Below are positions 10,154 to 25,342 of a DNA stretch of 64,000 nt, piece after piece. The translations under genes were made by a program, and so were the position numbers. Where the stretch lies: NCBI GenBank assembly GCA_049852185.1, contig CP187540.1; one strand, 5' to 3'. The DNA comes from Methanocaldococcus sp. 28A. GTDB lineage: Archaea > AGJL01 > Methanococci > Methanococcales > Methanocaldococcaceae. Positions within the stretch are counted from its first letter, which is position 1. Every line of letters starts with the position of its first letter. The notes under the pieces were generated by a model. That model was not told where the DNA came from. It made no database searches and saw only the letters and a list, made by a program, of their open reading frames with translations.

Positions 10154-10645
10154 TTATTTTACATTTACACTTACAGATATATTTATGGATTTTTGATTAT
10201 TATTTTTTTGATAATTATTTTTTTGATAAGCATCAGCTACAGACCTAATCTTAGATTGAACATATTTAGGGTTGCTGACTCCTTCGAACACAATTTCATA
10301 AGGGGTACTCCCAGCTGTGTTAATTCTTAAATCTCCATAATTAAGTAATCTTCCTAAGATCCCCTGAGAAATGGAAGTATTGGTTATCTTATCTAGTGTA
10401 GATTCTACAGTTTTTCTTGATAAAATTCCATATCTGCAATAAACTCTCTTGTTAGTAATTGCATATTCCGTATAATATCTTTTTAATAAAGCTATACCAA
10501 TAAATATAAGTGCCAAACCATATATTAGTATTGTAAGTGCTCCCAATATTAACCAACCTATTAAACTTTTCCAACATATTCTACTATACCATAATACATT
10601 CTCTCCTGGAAGTAGTTCAAGTCCAGAAGGAACTTTATACGACAT
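10154..10645 (-). CDS. Membrane protein with a bacterial PH (bPH_2/YdbS-like) domain
   Basis: LLPGENVLW, two TM helices, YAITNKRV...GILSRK, QGILGRLLNYGDLRINTAG. Confidence 0.8.
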   Translation of the reverse strand: MSYKVPSGLELLPGENVLWYSRICWKSLIGWLILGALTILIYGLALIFIGIALLKRYYTEYAITNKRVYCRYGILSRKTVESTLDKITNTSISQGILGRLLNYGDLRINTAGSTPYEIVFEGVSNPKYVQSKIRSVADAYQKNNYQKNNNQKSINISVSVNVK

Positions 10646-10746
10646 TAATTCTCACCTTTTAAATTTTAAATAACATTTTAAATAACATTATATTGCCATA
10701 CAGTTATATTATCCTAAGGTTTTTTAATACTTCCATAGTTAATTTT

Positions 10747-11871
10747 TTAACACTTAAAGCAGGATTTTATTGAATCTACGATGGCATTTATAATATAATC
10801 ATCATTAATCCTTTCAGCATCTTTTGATGTTAAATCAATCCTTAAGCTTTTACTTGCCCCTGGCATACCAGCTACAGTTATGGTTATAATCTTATATTTT
10901 TCTAACAAATTAAATCCAATCTCAACAAGTTTTTTGATATTTGTCTCTGCATTTTTATGGACTTTTTTTATTACAAATCCTGTTGGGGTTTTTTCATATA
11001 TTATCTCTATATTTTTATCGACTTCTTTAAGCTCTTTATTTAATTGTTCAATCTTAGACAAATCAAAATTTTTAGCCCTTTCAAATGCTCTTTTAATTTT
11101 ATCTAAGTTAAAGTTCTTTAAAGCTCTATATATACCAGCTAATAATGGAGGTTGAGCTTCTAAACCAAACTTAGTTCCTTCAATATATATTTTATTAACA
11201 AGTTCTTTCTTTCCGGCTAATAAACCTCCTCTCGGACCATCTATAAGTTTATCTGTGCTTGTAACTACTAAATCAGCTCCTAACTTTAATGCAGGGGGTT
11301 GATTAAATAGCAATCTAACTCTTGCTCCAGAAGCATCATCAACAAAGACAATAGCTCCTTTATTTTTAGCTGTGTTAATAACTTTTTTAAAGTTTTCAAG
11401 TTCAACAACTTTTAAATCCATTGTTGAGCCAGTGATAATAACTAAAGTATCTTTATCTATTTTATTTAAGATTTCATTTATATTGTCTGACTCGAAATAC
11501 TCAGCATTGATGATTTTACAACTTCTTTCTATTGATGGGTGCCCTGGTAGTTCTGGTAGATAGTGTATAACTTTTTTTGGTTTTAATGCTAATATAGTAG
11601 CTAAAATTGCAGATGAGGTTCTATTAAAAGCAACACATTTGTCATATTCGTTTCCTCCTAAATGTTTTAAACCATATTCATTAACTTTTTCTGTAAAATA
11701 AGATGCTCCAATATATGTATTTAATAAATCTTTATCTTTGTCTTCTATCAAAAATCCTCCAGATAACCCACTTAGGTCGTATAATGCATTTCTACCATTT
11801 TTGTTCAATATTTCTAAAATAATTTTTCTTGCTTTTTCTAATCTCAAAAACTCTTCGTGGTCAGAAAGCAT
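10747..11871 (-). CDS. PLP-dependent SelA-like enzyme (MJ0158/TIGR03576 family)
   Basis: FNRTSSA, DDASGAR and [12 protein letters not shown] (PLP lysine) motifs. Confidence 0.85.
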   Translation of the reverse strand: MLSDHEEFLRLEKARKIILEILNKNGRNALYDLSGLSGGFLIEDKDKDLLNTYIGASYFTEKVNEYGLKHLGGNEYDKCVAFNRTSSAILATILALKPKKVIHYLPELPGHPSIERSCKIINAEYFESDNINEILNKIDKDTLVIITGSTMDLKVVELENFKKVINTAKNKGAIVFVDDASGARVRLLFNQPPALKLGADLVVTSTDKLIDGPRGGLLAGKKELVNKIYIEGTKFGLEAQPPLLAGIYRALKNFNLDKIKRAFERAKNFDLSKIEQLNKELKEVDKNIEIIYEKTPTGFVIKKVHKNAETNIKKLVEIGFNLLEKYKIITITVAGMPGASKSLRIDLTSKDAERINDDYIINAIVDSIKSCFKC

Positions 11872-11931
11872 TACACCACCAATATTAAGTTTATAATACG
11901 GAAAAAATTTTATAAAAAATATAATAATGAA

Positions 11932-12213
11932 TTATCCAGCTCCACAAGCATCTCCAAAGTCCATATCTGTTAATTTTCCTTCGTCTAATTCTTCTTTTTC
12001 TAATTTTCTAACAACTTCATCAATATCTTCTTTTCTTTCTGCCATCTCTGATTTGTTGATAACTCTTAGTAAGTGAGGTCTATACATTAAATTATTATCT
12101 AATAAAACCCAAATATTCCCATTTTCATCCTTTCTTATATCAACTACTCTTCCTTTTGTTCCAGTATTTATATAAATTACATAATCTCCAACTTTAATGT
12201 TAATTTCATCCAC
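11932..12213 (-). CDS. Methanogen-conserved protein (DUF2098-like)
   Basis: VGDYVIYINTGTKGRV...W..LD...Y and C-terminal ACGAG. Confidence 0.75.
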   Translation of the reverse strand: MDEINIKVGDYVIYINTGTKGRVVDIRKDENGNIWVLLDNNLMYRPHLLRVINKSEMAERKEDIDEVVRKLEKEELDEGKLTDMDFGDACGAG

Positions 12214-12309
12214 TATCTCACGCTCTACACGCTCTAAATATTTTACAATATACTTTATACTTTTTCCTGAGAGTATTAATAGTTTATTAATCTTATTATT
12301 CTAATCCTA

Positions 12310-12346
12310 AAAACATTACATATAACAACTTCTCACTATAGGATGC
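12310..12346 (+). promoter_or_regulatory. rRNA operon promoter
   Basis: aaaaca-ttacatataa TATA about 25 nt before the ggATGC initiator, where the GC-rich leader begins. Confidence 0.6.
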
Positions 12347-12384
12347 ACTCGAAGGATGCGTCCCCAATCCGAAGGGGTTGGGGC

Positions 12385-12428
12385 TGAGGCAAGCCCACGA
12401 CTGGTGGTGAAACCCCGCAGCAACCAGC
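12385..12428 (+). other. 16S processing stem, 5' arm (bulge-helix-bulge)
   Basis: Pairs with 13965-14007; ggtg-aaa / cacc-aaa BHB. Confidence 0.85.
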
Positions 12429-12471
12429 CGCAAGAAAGGTTTATCCTTTCTTGCGACCGTGCTCCTACTTA

Positions 12472-13953
<1,482 letters not shown>

Positions 13954-14017
13954 GAGAAAAAAGTGCTGGTTGCTGCGGGGCACCAAACCAGTCGTGGGCT
14001 TGCCTCATAGGGAAAGT

Positions 14018-14090
14018 GGGCCCGTAGCTCAGCTGGGAGAGCGCCGGCCTTGCAAGCCGGAGGCCGTGGGTTCAAATCCCACCGGGTCCA
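14018..14090 (+). tRNA. tRNA-Ala(TGC) in the 16S-23S spacer; CCA not encoded
   Basis: gggcccgtagctcagctgggagagcgccggcctTGCaagccggaggccgtgggttcaaatcccaccgggtcca. Confidence 0.97.
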
Positions 14091-14187
14091 CTATATATGC
14101 AGCCTGCGACTCTAAAGAGTTGCAGGTGAAGGGCCTGAAAAACATGAGGGCCATGCATAGGCTTCCACATCCCGGTGAAATCTGGAT

Positions 14188-17195
<3,008 letters not shown>

Positions 17196-17358
17196 ATCCA
17201 GACACTAAGCGGATGTGGAAGCCTATGCATGGCCTAAAAAATCTCGGGAATATTTAATCGAAGTTTATGGAGTTTATATTTTATTTTACTCCATTACATT
17301 TATTAATTTAAATATATAAATAAAATAAAAGTTAAAAATAAAAAATTAGTGTAAGAGA

Positions 17359-18762
17359 TTAATTTTTCTTTTTCTTCTTATATGGTTCTTCTTTTGTAAT
17401 AATAATTTTTTCAGCTTTAATTACAGCATTGTATAAGACTATTTTTATTCCTGGTGGTAATCCAGCAAATGTTCCTGGTAGAGTCATTGTTGGTACATCA
17501 ATTCCTTCAACTTCCTCCATTTCTTCTACTTCTTCCTCTTCAGTAGCTTCTTCCTCAATTCCAACACCTATTCTTTCAGCACATGGATGCCCCTTCTCTT
17601 TCAAGAATTTAATTAACTCATCGGTAGTCTTAACATCTTCTTCAGTAGCTATTTTATCATACAACTCTTTAGGTATTGCTTCTTTAACTCTTTCTTTCAA
17701 CTCTTTTGGAAGCCAAACTACTCTCTCCCAACCTCCATCCCCTTGTAAAAACTTAGGCGATTTCATATAAGCGATAGATATTCCAACAAATCCTGGAACT
17801 TGTTTCCCTCCACTACACTGCCCCGCTAATGTCGAAAATGGAATACCCATTGGGGTTTCTCCTTTAAATCCTCTATGTGCTATCCCAAATCCATCAACTT
17901 CAGGGATGTAGAAAGCAACTGCTTCGAAACAACCACATGAAGTGCAAGGTTTTTCTAATCCACTATGCAAAGTTACTTCTTCAACAGCACCTTGGGATTT
18001 TTCTCTAACAACTTCATTTACTCCAGAATAAATACCCAATTTTTCATCTAAGCATTCTCCTTTATGTATTTCAAATATAGGTCCATTAGGGTCTATCTTA
18101 GCAGCTGCTCTCGCATCTAAATAATTAATCCCTCCACACAATGCCGGTCTATCAGGAGTTATAACACATACGTGTGTTGGGGCGAAGCTTTGACACATTA
18201 TACATCCATAAAAAACATCAACATCTTCTTCATGTAATGCCTTTGTTTTCTCATCCCTATTGTTATATATTTCTCTCGCTTTTTCTAATTCTTCTTTAAC
18301 TTTATCAGGGTCTGTTATTATAATTACATCACATTTTTCTATGAATGGAAACTCTGCCTTAAACAATCTTTGAACAACTTTCCCAACATGCTCTAATCTT
18401 AAACCTTTACCAAATGAATCCTTGTTTATTCTAATCCAGATCTGGTCTCTTTGGTTAAGATGCATAACACCTTCAATGTAATTAAAGAACTCGTGAATTC
18501 TTCTCTCTAAAACTCCTTCTAAGTCCTCTTCTAAATTGCTTCCACTTACCTTAACTATTATAGCGAATGGGTTTCTACTCCCTTCCTCCATCTCATCGAT
18601 ATCTTTTCCAATAATTTCAACCTTATCTTCTGCTTTATCAACTACTTTAACCAACTCAAAACCATAACTCTTAGGCCCTGCTAATTCTACATACATATCA
18701 GGTCCTCTAACTCTTTCCCCTTCGTTCATCGGCCCTACGGAAACTGGTATATCATCAAACAT
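17359..18762 (-). CDS. cdhC: ACDS/CODH complex beta subunit (acetyl-CoA synthase)
   Basis: YGCIMCQSFAPTHVC, CTSCGCFE A-cluster motifs; acidic tail. Confidence 0.96.
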   Translation of the reverse strand: MFDDIPVSVGPMNEGERVRGPDMYVELAGPKSYGFELVKVVDKAEDKVEIIGKDIDEMEEGSRNPFAIIVKVSGSNLEEDLEGVLERRIHEFFNYIEGVMHLNQRDQIWIRINKDSFGKGLRLEHVGKVVQRLFKAEFPFIEKCDVIIITDPDKVKEELEKAREIYNNRDEKTKALHEEDVDVFYGCIMCQSFAPTHVCVITPDRPALCGGINYLDARAAAKIDPNGPIFEIHKGECLDEKLGIYSGVNEVVREKSQGAVEEVTLHSGLEKPCTSCGCFEAVAFYIPEVDGFGIAHRGFKGETPMGIPFSTLAGQCSGGKQVPGFVGISIAYMKSPKFLQGDGGWERVVWLPKELKERVKEAIPKELYDKIATEEDVKTTDELIKFLKEKGHPCAERIGVGIEEEATEEEEVEEMEEVEGIDVPTMTLPGTFAGLPPGIKIVLYNAVIKAEKIIITKEEPYKKKKKN

Positions 18763-18801
18763 ATTTTCTCACCTTTTAGTGTTTTGCTTTTTTCTGATTT
18801 T

Positions 18802-19257
18802 TTATAGATTCTCTCTAACCTCATCTCTTAAAATCTTTAATATTTTCCTTCTCTTCTCTTCTTTCATCATATCAAGGGTTTCTCCAGATACCAACAATAA
18901 AGCGTTATCTTTACAAGTTTCTATACATGCAGGTGTTATTCTATCAGTATCTAAGCAGAGAGTGCATTTGTGAGCAACTTTATTTTTTATAAATATGGCT
19001 CCTATAGGGCACGCAATTGCACACATTCCACAGGCAATACATCTTTCTTTTTCTACAATAGGAATTCCATCTTTTAGGTAAATTGCATCAACAGGACAGA
19101 TTTCTTTACAAGGGGCTTTTTCACATTGCATACAAAATATTGGAATACCATCAATCTTTCTTACTCTACTTTCTCCATGAATCTCTTTGCAGATGTTTAT
19201 GCAATCATAACATTTGGTGCATTTTTCAGGATTTAAGACAATGATTTTTGGATTCAT
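18802..19257 (-). CDS. CooF-like multi-[4Fe-4S] ferredoxin subunit
   Basis: CTKCYDCINIC, CMQCEKAPCKEICP, CIACGMCAIACP, CTLC motifs. Confidence 0.9.
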   Translation of the reverse strand: MNPKIIVLNPEKCTKCYDCINICKEIHGESRVRKIDGIPIFCMQCEKAPCKEICPVDAIYLKDGIPIVEKERCIACGMCAIACPIGAIFIKNKVAHKCTLCLDTDRITPACIETCKDNALLLVSGETLDMMKEEKRRKILKILRDEVRENL

Positions 19258-19258
19258 A

Positions 19259-19699
19259 TTATCCCTCCAACAATTTCTTCAAATAATCCAAATACTCATC
19301 CTTACTGAGATTTGGGAATGAATAGAGAGTATTTGGTTGATAATACTTGTCTATAGAAACGGTAGTTACATTTGAGAACTGTTTTAGATGTGTTGCTGCC
19401 TGAGCTAAGTAATAATAAGTTATTCCAGTGAATAGAGTTAAATCATAATCACTGTTTGATAAATATTTCATTATTGCCATTAGATTCATGTCTTCTGGTG
19501 TTTTTATTACTTTTAAATTGTATTTTTCAATTAATTTGTTGATTAACTCTTTTTCCTCATCTTCCAAGTTCTCTCCTAATATTAAAATAGGTTTTTTAGC
19601 TCTTCTAATCATCATTTTAACCAATGTTGGATTTGTTATTTCAGCATGAGCCACATTACTTCCAGCAGTTGGAATATAGGCAGTAAATCTCTCATCCAT
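19259..19699 (-). CDS. cdhB: ACDS/CODH epsilon subunit
   Basis: IRRAKKPILILG, GITYYY, SIDKYYQPN motifs; position in the cdh operon. Confidence 0.92.
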   Translation of the reverse strand: MDERFTAYIPTAGSNVAHAEITNPTLVKMMIRRAKKPILILGENLEDEEKELINKLIEKYNLKVIKTPEDMNLMAIMKYLSNSDYDLTLFTGITYYYLAQAATHLKQFSNVTTVSIDKYYQPNTLYSFPNLSKDEYLDYLKKLLEG

Positions 19700-19745
19700 A
19701 AGTATCACCAAATTCAAAAAATTTGAATGAAATTAATAATGAAAT

Positions 19746-22076
19746 TTAATAAAGAATTGTTGGGTCTTGTGGATATTTCTCCAAAGGTTTCCAACCTTTT
19801 TCTTTTAGATAATTCATTATCTTATCTTTCATCATAAATGGAATGTCTTTTTCAGTTCTAACGAATTTTTCTAAGTCAGGTGGCATTTTTCCAAAGTATT
19901 TTTCGTATAAATCAACATAGTGATAGATTTTGTTAGCTCTACCCTTTGGATTATCATTTGGTCTCATACATAGCTTTGGAATCATACAGATACATTCTTT
20001 AACATTTTCGGCAGTTACAATTAAATGTTCAGGGACAGGGTCTATCTCCATAATTTCTCCTGTTTTTTTATCTTTAACTTTGAATTTCTCTCCATTGCTT
20101 AAATACAACCTTCTATACTTAGCTCCATGTGGTCCAACAATAACCGGGATTCCCCATCTATTGACTCCAGTAGCAATTGCAGCAGCTTTTTGGCTCATAG
20201 CACCCCATGCAACTCCAACAGCTCCAACTTTGTTTAATATATAGTCAGCTACTTCAGCATAATTGCCTCTTAATGGAACCTTAGCAAAGATGTTGGCTAT
20301 TTTTATAGCAGCCCCAGTAATGTGGCAATTTGATAAACATGAACCGCAATTTACTAGCCCTCCAGCCCTAAATTCTCCAGGATATTTTTCATATAGTGTT
20401 TTACCATCTTTATCCTTCCACATTCCAATTGCCATTGCCGCACATCCAGTGGCTACAACTATATACTTCCTCTCTAAGAATTCCTTAGCCATTAAAGCTA
20501 CTTCCTCCTCTCCATTTGGATGGTTTGAACATCCAACGAATGCAACAACTCCTGGAATATCTCCAAACACAATTGGAGCTCCAACACTTCTAATCTCAAC
20601 ATCTTTAATAGGTCCTCTACCAGCTCTCATCTTGAATTTTAAATCTTTGAAATAAGCTTCTCCAACTTTTGTAGTCATGCTAACTATTGGCAAGTTTCTT
20701 GGGCAGATTGTTTCACATCTTCCACAGCCATAACATTTTTTGTATAAATCAACAAATCCATCAAAATTACCTTGTTTTGCTAAAATCATAGCTTCTTTAA
20801 CCTTAAATGCATTAGGACAATTTCTATTACACCATCCACACTCGGTACATTGCTTTGCCAATTCCACAACTTTATTTAAATCTGGTAAAGCTTTTCTATC
20901 ATTTCTTTCTTTAGCAACTATCTTAGCTACTTCAACAGCGACTTTTCCAACCTTTTCCTCATCTAAAATTAAAGCAGCTCTGTTTCTTAATAAGTAGCCA
21001 ATAATTTCATCTTCACTTAAATGAGATACATCTTCTAAACCTAAGCACATCTTTTCATTTGTAGCTATAAGAACAGCCCCTGTTTTTAAAACCTCCTCTA
21101 ATATATCAGTTCTAATACACTGTTCATCTACTATAACAACATCTGCTACTCCACTTCTAATGAACATCAACTGTCTTGATAAAGGACCAACAATTTTTGC
21201 CTTATCAGAAACTCTTGTTATATCTATTGCCGTACAGCAGATACCACAAACCTCTACTTCATCTTCCATGTTATTCTTTTCCAAATATTCTAATATATAA
21301 CTACCTGGAACTACGTTATGACCTATACACAAAATAATTGGCTTATTCTTATCTATACAACCAAATCCTAACTCTATTAATGGAGCGTCATCATCTCCTT
21401 TAGGCATATTATATGCTACTATTTGAGCTATATCTCCCACTTCCCTTGCTAAATCATCAATCATTCCAGCATGCAGTGCTTTACTTTCAAAGTCTAAGTA
21501 ATCTCCCTCCTGCCCAGTATGTGCCGCTGATAAGAGATGAGTTATTTGCTCTTCACAATAATCTAAAATTTTCTCTAAATCTCCTAATGTCTTTGGTTTA
21601 ATTCCAGTAACTGTTCTTGTTATTGGAGCTTCAACTTCTATCTCATTACCTAAGTTAATTGGATAATCTTTTCCTAACTTTTCAATTAGATGATGAACTA
21701 AGTGCCTACTATGTCCTGTATGACATGCTGCTCCAATACAGCAGGCTATTAAAACAATCCTTCCTTGTTGTGCTTTAATATTTAAACCACATGCTCCTTT
21801 CTTCCCTCTGCTTAAATCACACTTTCCAAAGGTACAGAGACAACACAAATCACAGATTGGCATGTAAAATGGGGGATACCTCTTTAATAGCTTAAAATCC
21901 CAATGTCTCAATGTAGGAACCTTTGGCATTGGTGTAGGACCCATTGGTTCCCAATCTTCAGCCTCTTTCTCTTCACCAAACTTTATATTCATTGATATGT
22001 GAGCATTTTTCATCTTAACTAAAGGTGTGAGAAGTCTTTTAATATCTATTTCTATGTTATCTCCCATAACCATCAC
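19746..22076 (-). CDS. cdhA: ACDS/CODH alpha subunit
   Basis: [24 protein letters not shown], two extra 4Fe-4S motifs, GSCLSNCH. Confidence 0.97.
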   Translation of the reverse strand: MMVMGDNIEIDIKRLLTPLVKMKNAHISMNIKFGEEKEAEDWEPMGPTPMPKVPTLRHWDFKLLKRYPPFYMPICDLCCLCTFGKCDLSRGKKGACGLNIKAQQGRIVLIACCIGAACHTGHSRHLVHHLIEKLGKDYPINLGNEIEVEAPITRTVTGIKPKTLGDLEKILDYCEEQITHLLSAAHTGQEGDYLDFESKALHAGMIDDLAREVGDIAQIVAYNMPKGDDDAPLIELGFGCIDKNKPIILCIGHNVVPGSYILEYLEKNNMEDEVEVCGICCTAIDITRVSDKAKIVGPLSRQLMFIRSGVADVVIVDEQCIRTDILEEVLKTGAVLIATNEKMCLGLEDVSHLSEDEIIGYLLRNRAALILDEEKVGKVAVEVAKIVAKERNDRKALPDLNKVVELAKQCTECGWCNRNCPNAFKVKEAMILAKQGNFDGFVDLYKKCYGCGRCETICPRNLPIVSMTTKVGEAYFKDLKFKMRAGRGPIKDVEIRSVGAPIVFGDIPGVVAFVGCSNHPNGEEEVALMAKEFLERKYIVVATGCAAMAIGMWKDKDGKTLYEKYPGEFRAGGLVNCGSCLSNCHITGAAIKIANIFAKVPLRGNYAEVADYILNKVGAVGVAWGAMSQKAAAIATGVNRWGIPVIVGPHGAKYRRLYLSNGEKFKVKDKKTGEIMEIDPVPEHLIVTAENVKECICMIPKLCMRPNDNPKGRANKIYHYVDLYEKYFGKMPPDLEKFVRTEKDIPFMMKDKIMNYLKEKGWKPLEKYPQDPTILY

Positions 22077-22305
22077 TTTTTAATTGTCATGATTAATCAT
22101 TATAATTCCAAGGTTAGTTTTTAAAACTTTAATATATAAAGTTTGTTATGACTAAAGCTAAATTTGGTATGAATATGAGGAGAAAATATTTTCATTTAAT
22201 AAAAAATTATGCATTTCGTAAGTTATTTTTAGAAATATTATAAAAATATATATTGATTAATTTAAAAAAATAAATATAAAATGAAAAATAAAAATTAAAG
22301 CAAAA

Positions 22306-22583
22306 TCAAGTCCTTCTTTTTCTTCTTTTTTATCAATTACAGTTTCATGTTCTTTTTTTCTTCAACAGCGTCTTCTGATTTCTTAATTATTGGATGTCCC
22401 TTCTCTTTTAAGAATTTAATTAACTCATCGGTAGTTTTAACATCTTCCTATTCTCACTGCCTGAAATATAGATAAATGGTATTAGATTTCCCAATGTTCT
22501 CTCTGGGGGATTATTATTTATTAAATCTTTAATATCTTTCCTGATTTTTTATGCAAAAGCTCTTTGTCCATGCTATCCCTCAT
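22306..22583 (-). pseudogene. Deletion scar: frameshifted 5' fragment of an unknown gene fused to the 3' end of a second acetyl-CoA synthase gene
   Basis: 22391-22447 encodes EDVKTTDELIKFLKEKGHP, 54/57 nt identical to cdhC 17584-17640, with all three changes synonymous. Confidence 0.8.
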
Positions 22584-22667
22584 ATAGTCAAAAGTTTATA
22601 TTTTGTTGAAAATAAGTTATGGTGGTTAAGTATGGAATATAGTGAATAATATTAATAAAATAATATT

Positions 22668-22847
22668 ATGTATCTTAGAGATATTGCATTTGAATTCTTT
22701 ATAATGATTGCCTTAGGTATTTTTATTGGTCATATCATAGCAGAATATACAGATAATAATTTGTGGATAGTTGTCTTTTTATTGTTTGGCATTTTTTGTG
22801 CATTTGTTAGATTTTTTAAAGCTATTAAAGATTATGAAAAAAGGTGA
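22668..22847 (+). CDS. Small two-TM membrane protein (AtpZ/AtpI-like pattern), 59 aa, not in the ORF track
   Basis: MYLRDIAFEFFIMIALGIFIGHIIAEYTDNNLWIVVFLLFGIFCAFVRFFKAIKDYEKR; stop overlaps the truB start (GTGA). Confidence 0.7.
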   Translation: MYLRDIAFEFFIMIALGIFIGHIIAEYTDNNLWIVVFLLFGIFCAFVRFFKAIKDYEKR

Positions 22848-23854
22848 TTTTATTGGAAAAAACTCAAGAAAAAAAGATAAATAATAAAGAAGAGTTTATA
22901 GTTAGAGAAGATGCTGAAACTAACTGGGATTATGGTTGTAACCCTTATGAAAGAAAGATAGAAGATTTAATAAAATATGGTGTTGTTGTAATTGATAAAC
23001 CAAGAGGTCCTACATCTCATGAGGTTTCAACATGGGTTAAAAAAATTTTAAACTTAGATAAAGCTGGACATGGTGGGACATTAGACCCAAAGGTTACTGG
23101 TGTTTTGCCAGTAGCTTTAGAGAGAGCTACAAAAACAATTCCTATGTGGCATATTCCCCCTAAAGAATATATTTGCCTAATGCATCTACATAGAGATGCC
23201 TCTGAAGAAGATATATTGAGAGTTTTTAAAGAGTTTACTGGAAGGATTTATCAAAGACCTCCATTAAAAGCAGCTGTTAAAAGAAGATTGAGAATAAGGA
23301 AGATTTATGAGTTAGAGCTTTTAGATAAAGAGGGAAAAGATGTTTTGTTTAGGGTTAAGTGTCAATCTGGGACTTATATAAGAAAGCTATGTGAAGATTT
23401 AGGTGAAGCTTTAGGAACCTCAGCTCATATGCAAGAGCTTAGAAGAGTTAAAAGTGGATGTTTTGAAGAGAAAGATGCAGTATATTTGCAAGATTTACTT
23501 GATGCTTATCATTTTTGGAAAGAAGATAATGATGAAGAAGAGCTAAGAAGAATAATAAAGCCAATGGAATATGGATTGAAGCATTTAAAAAAAGTTGTTG
23601 TTAAAGATTCAGCAGTTGATGCTATTTGTCATGGAGCAGATGTTTATGTTAAAGGAATAGCTAAATTGAGTAAAGGTATTGGAAAAGGAGAGACGGTTTT
23701 AGTTGAGACTTTGAAGGGAGAGGCTATTGGTGTAGGAAAAGCTTTAATGAACACAAAAGAGATTTTAAATGCAGATAAAGGTGTAGCTGTTGATGTTGAG
23801 AGGGTTTATATGGATAGAGGAACTTATCCAAGGATGTGGAAGAGGAAGAAATAA
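22844..23854 (+). CDS. truB: Pseudouridine synthase Cbf5/TruB
   Basis: DKPRGPTSHEV, GHGGTLDPKVTG, GTYIRKLC, PUA domain. Confidence 0.97.
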   Translation: MILLEKTQEKKINNKEEFIVREDAETNWDYGCNPYERKIEDLIKYGVVVIDKPRGPTSHEVSTWVKKILNLDKAGHGGTLDPKVTGVLPVALERATKTIPMWHIPPKEYICLMHLHRDASEEDILRVFKEFTGRIYQRPPLKAAVKRRLRIRKIYELELLDKEGKDVLFRVKCQSGTYIRKLCEDLGEALGTSAHMQELRRVKSGCFEEKDAVYLQDLLDAYHFWKEDNDEEELRRIIKPMEYGLKHLKKVVVKDSAVDAICHGADVYVKGIAKLSKGIGKGETVLVETLKGEAIGVGKALMNTKEILNADKGVAVDVERVYMDRGTYPRMWKRKK

Positions 23855-23989
23855 CTTAAAAATTTTTATAAATTTTTATTTTAATTAGTCTATTTTTTTA
23901 TCATATTTTATATTATATTTTTTAATTTTAGTAGGTGTGCATTTATGAAAGTTGGAATTACTGCTATAAGTACCACCAGAAATTATTTA

Positions 23990-24230
23990 TTCATGTATCG
24001 TATCTATAAATAACTATTTCTATTTACGAATATTTTTGTATTTTAAATAACAACTTTTCATATCTATTTATCCGTTCAACAAGTTTATTATATCTTATTT
24101 TTGGAAATAAACCAAAACCTCCGATTAATATCTCATAAGCTCTCTTATACACACCTGAAAAATACATCATTGCCAAAACCATAAAGATTATTGAATTTTT
24201 GTATTTCCGATTTCTTCACGTTATCATACC
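23990..24230 (-). pseudogene. IS982-family transposase remnant
   Basis: Minus-strand frame FSGVYKRAYEILIGGFGLFPKIRYNKLVERINRYEKLL resembles the N-terminus of Thermococcales IS982 transposases (recalled motif LFPKIRYNKL.ER.NR.EKLL). Confidence 0.7.
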
Positions 24231-24410
24231 ATATATTTTTTTGTTATATATCTTCTATTACTATGTTTGTATATTTATATGTTTGATAGAACATAGGGTT
24301 AAATTTATAAACAAAATTTAAATAGTTGATGATTTAAAACTAAATAAATAGCTTTATTCTATTGAAAGTCCTATTCAAAATCATAATAAAACCATTAGGA
24401 GGTTTTTGGT

Positions 24411-25085
24411 TTGAAGCCAAAATATGCATTAAGGAAGGATATGATTGGAGAATTTACACTAAACAAATCTTTTAATACTTATAGAGGTAAGGTTTTAAAA
24501 GCTGATTTTAACGGACCTATAGAAGGTATAGTAATGAAAAACAAAAAAGAGCAAATATATTTTTATCCTCTTTTAGCTTTGCATATGGTTAAGCCTATGA
24601 ACTGTATTCCTATAAATGTTATTCCAAAAACATCTCTACCCACAAATCCAAAAAATGTGCATATTAAAGAGGCATTATCAAGAATTGTTGGTAGAACTTT
24701 GAAAGTCTATTATGAAAACCCAAAAACATCTTATTTAGGAAGATTGTTAGGTTTTACAAGAGGAATTTTCTCATGGACTTTAGTTTTAGAGATACATGGA
24801 GAGGTAGTTTTATTGTTCAATCCAGATTATATTGTCTATTATGGGACAACATGGAAGTTTTTAAAAAATAATCCTCCATACAAACCACCAAGATTGATGA
24901 ATGTTACAAAAACAGCTAACTATTTAAAGAGATGTCTATTAGAAGATGTAATTATAGAGCCAGAATATCCAAGAATAAAAATTGAAAATAAGGTTTTTGT
25001 TTATCCTTATGGGGTAGTATCTAAGGATGATTATTTAGGAAAAACAGTTGAGAACATATTAAAAGAAAAAGAGTTCTTAATTTAA
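24411..25085 (+). CDS. Hypothetical protein, possibly tandem Sm/Hfq-like folds
   Basis: TTG start after ggagg; beta-rich repeats YRGKVLKAD and YLGRLLGF. Confidence 0.7.
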   Translation: MKPKYALRKDMIGEFTLNKSFNTYRGKVLKADFNGPIEGIVMKNKKEQIYFYPLLALHMVKPMNCIPINVIPKTSLPTNPKNVHIKEALSRIVGRTLKVYYENPKTSYLGRLLGFTRGIFSWTLVLEIHGEVVLLFNPDYIVYYGTTWKFLKNNPPYKPPRLMNVTKTANYLKRCLLEDVIIEPEYPRIKIENKVFVYPYGVVSKDDYLGKTVENILKEKEFLI

Positions 25086-25246
25086 AGATAATTAAAAGAT
25101 AATTGATAAAATCTATTTTTAGTAGTTAAAGATTTTAAAAATTTTAAAATTTTCTTTTTTGTTAGTATCTTTCTAATTTAATCAAAAATGGTTTATAATA
25201 CACTATTTTTTTATATAAAAGCTCAGAAAATTTTAATTTATTTCAG

Positions 25247-25268
25247 CACCGAAGAGTTTATATATGAG
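25247..25268 (+). promoter_or_regulatory. BRE-TATA promoter of the polyamine cluster
   Basis: caccgaagag-tttatata, the same layout as the histone promoter. Confidence 0.5.
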
Positions 25269-25342
25269 TAATCATTATTTACACTAAAAAATTCTATCAC
25301 TGTTATATATACTCATTCATAAATTGAGAAAAACGTGCGTTT

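Noticed and set aside
10747-11871. Selenocysteine system suggested by the SelA-like gene
   Set aside because: No in-frame TGA selenoprotein, SECIS or tRNA-Sec is visible in the window; archaeal Sec synthesis uses SepSecS
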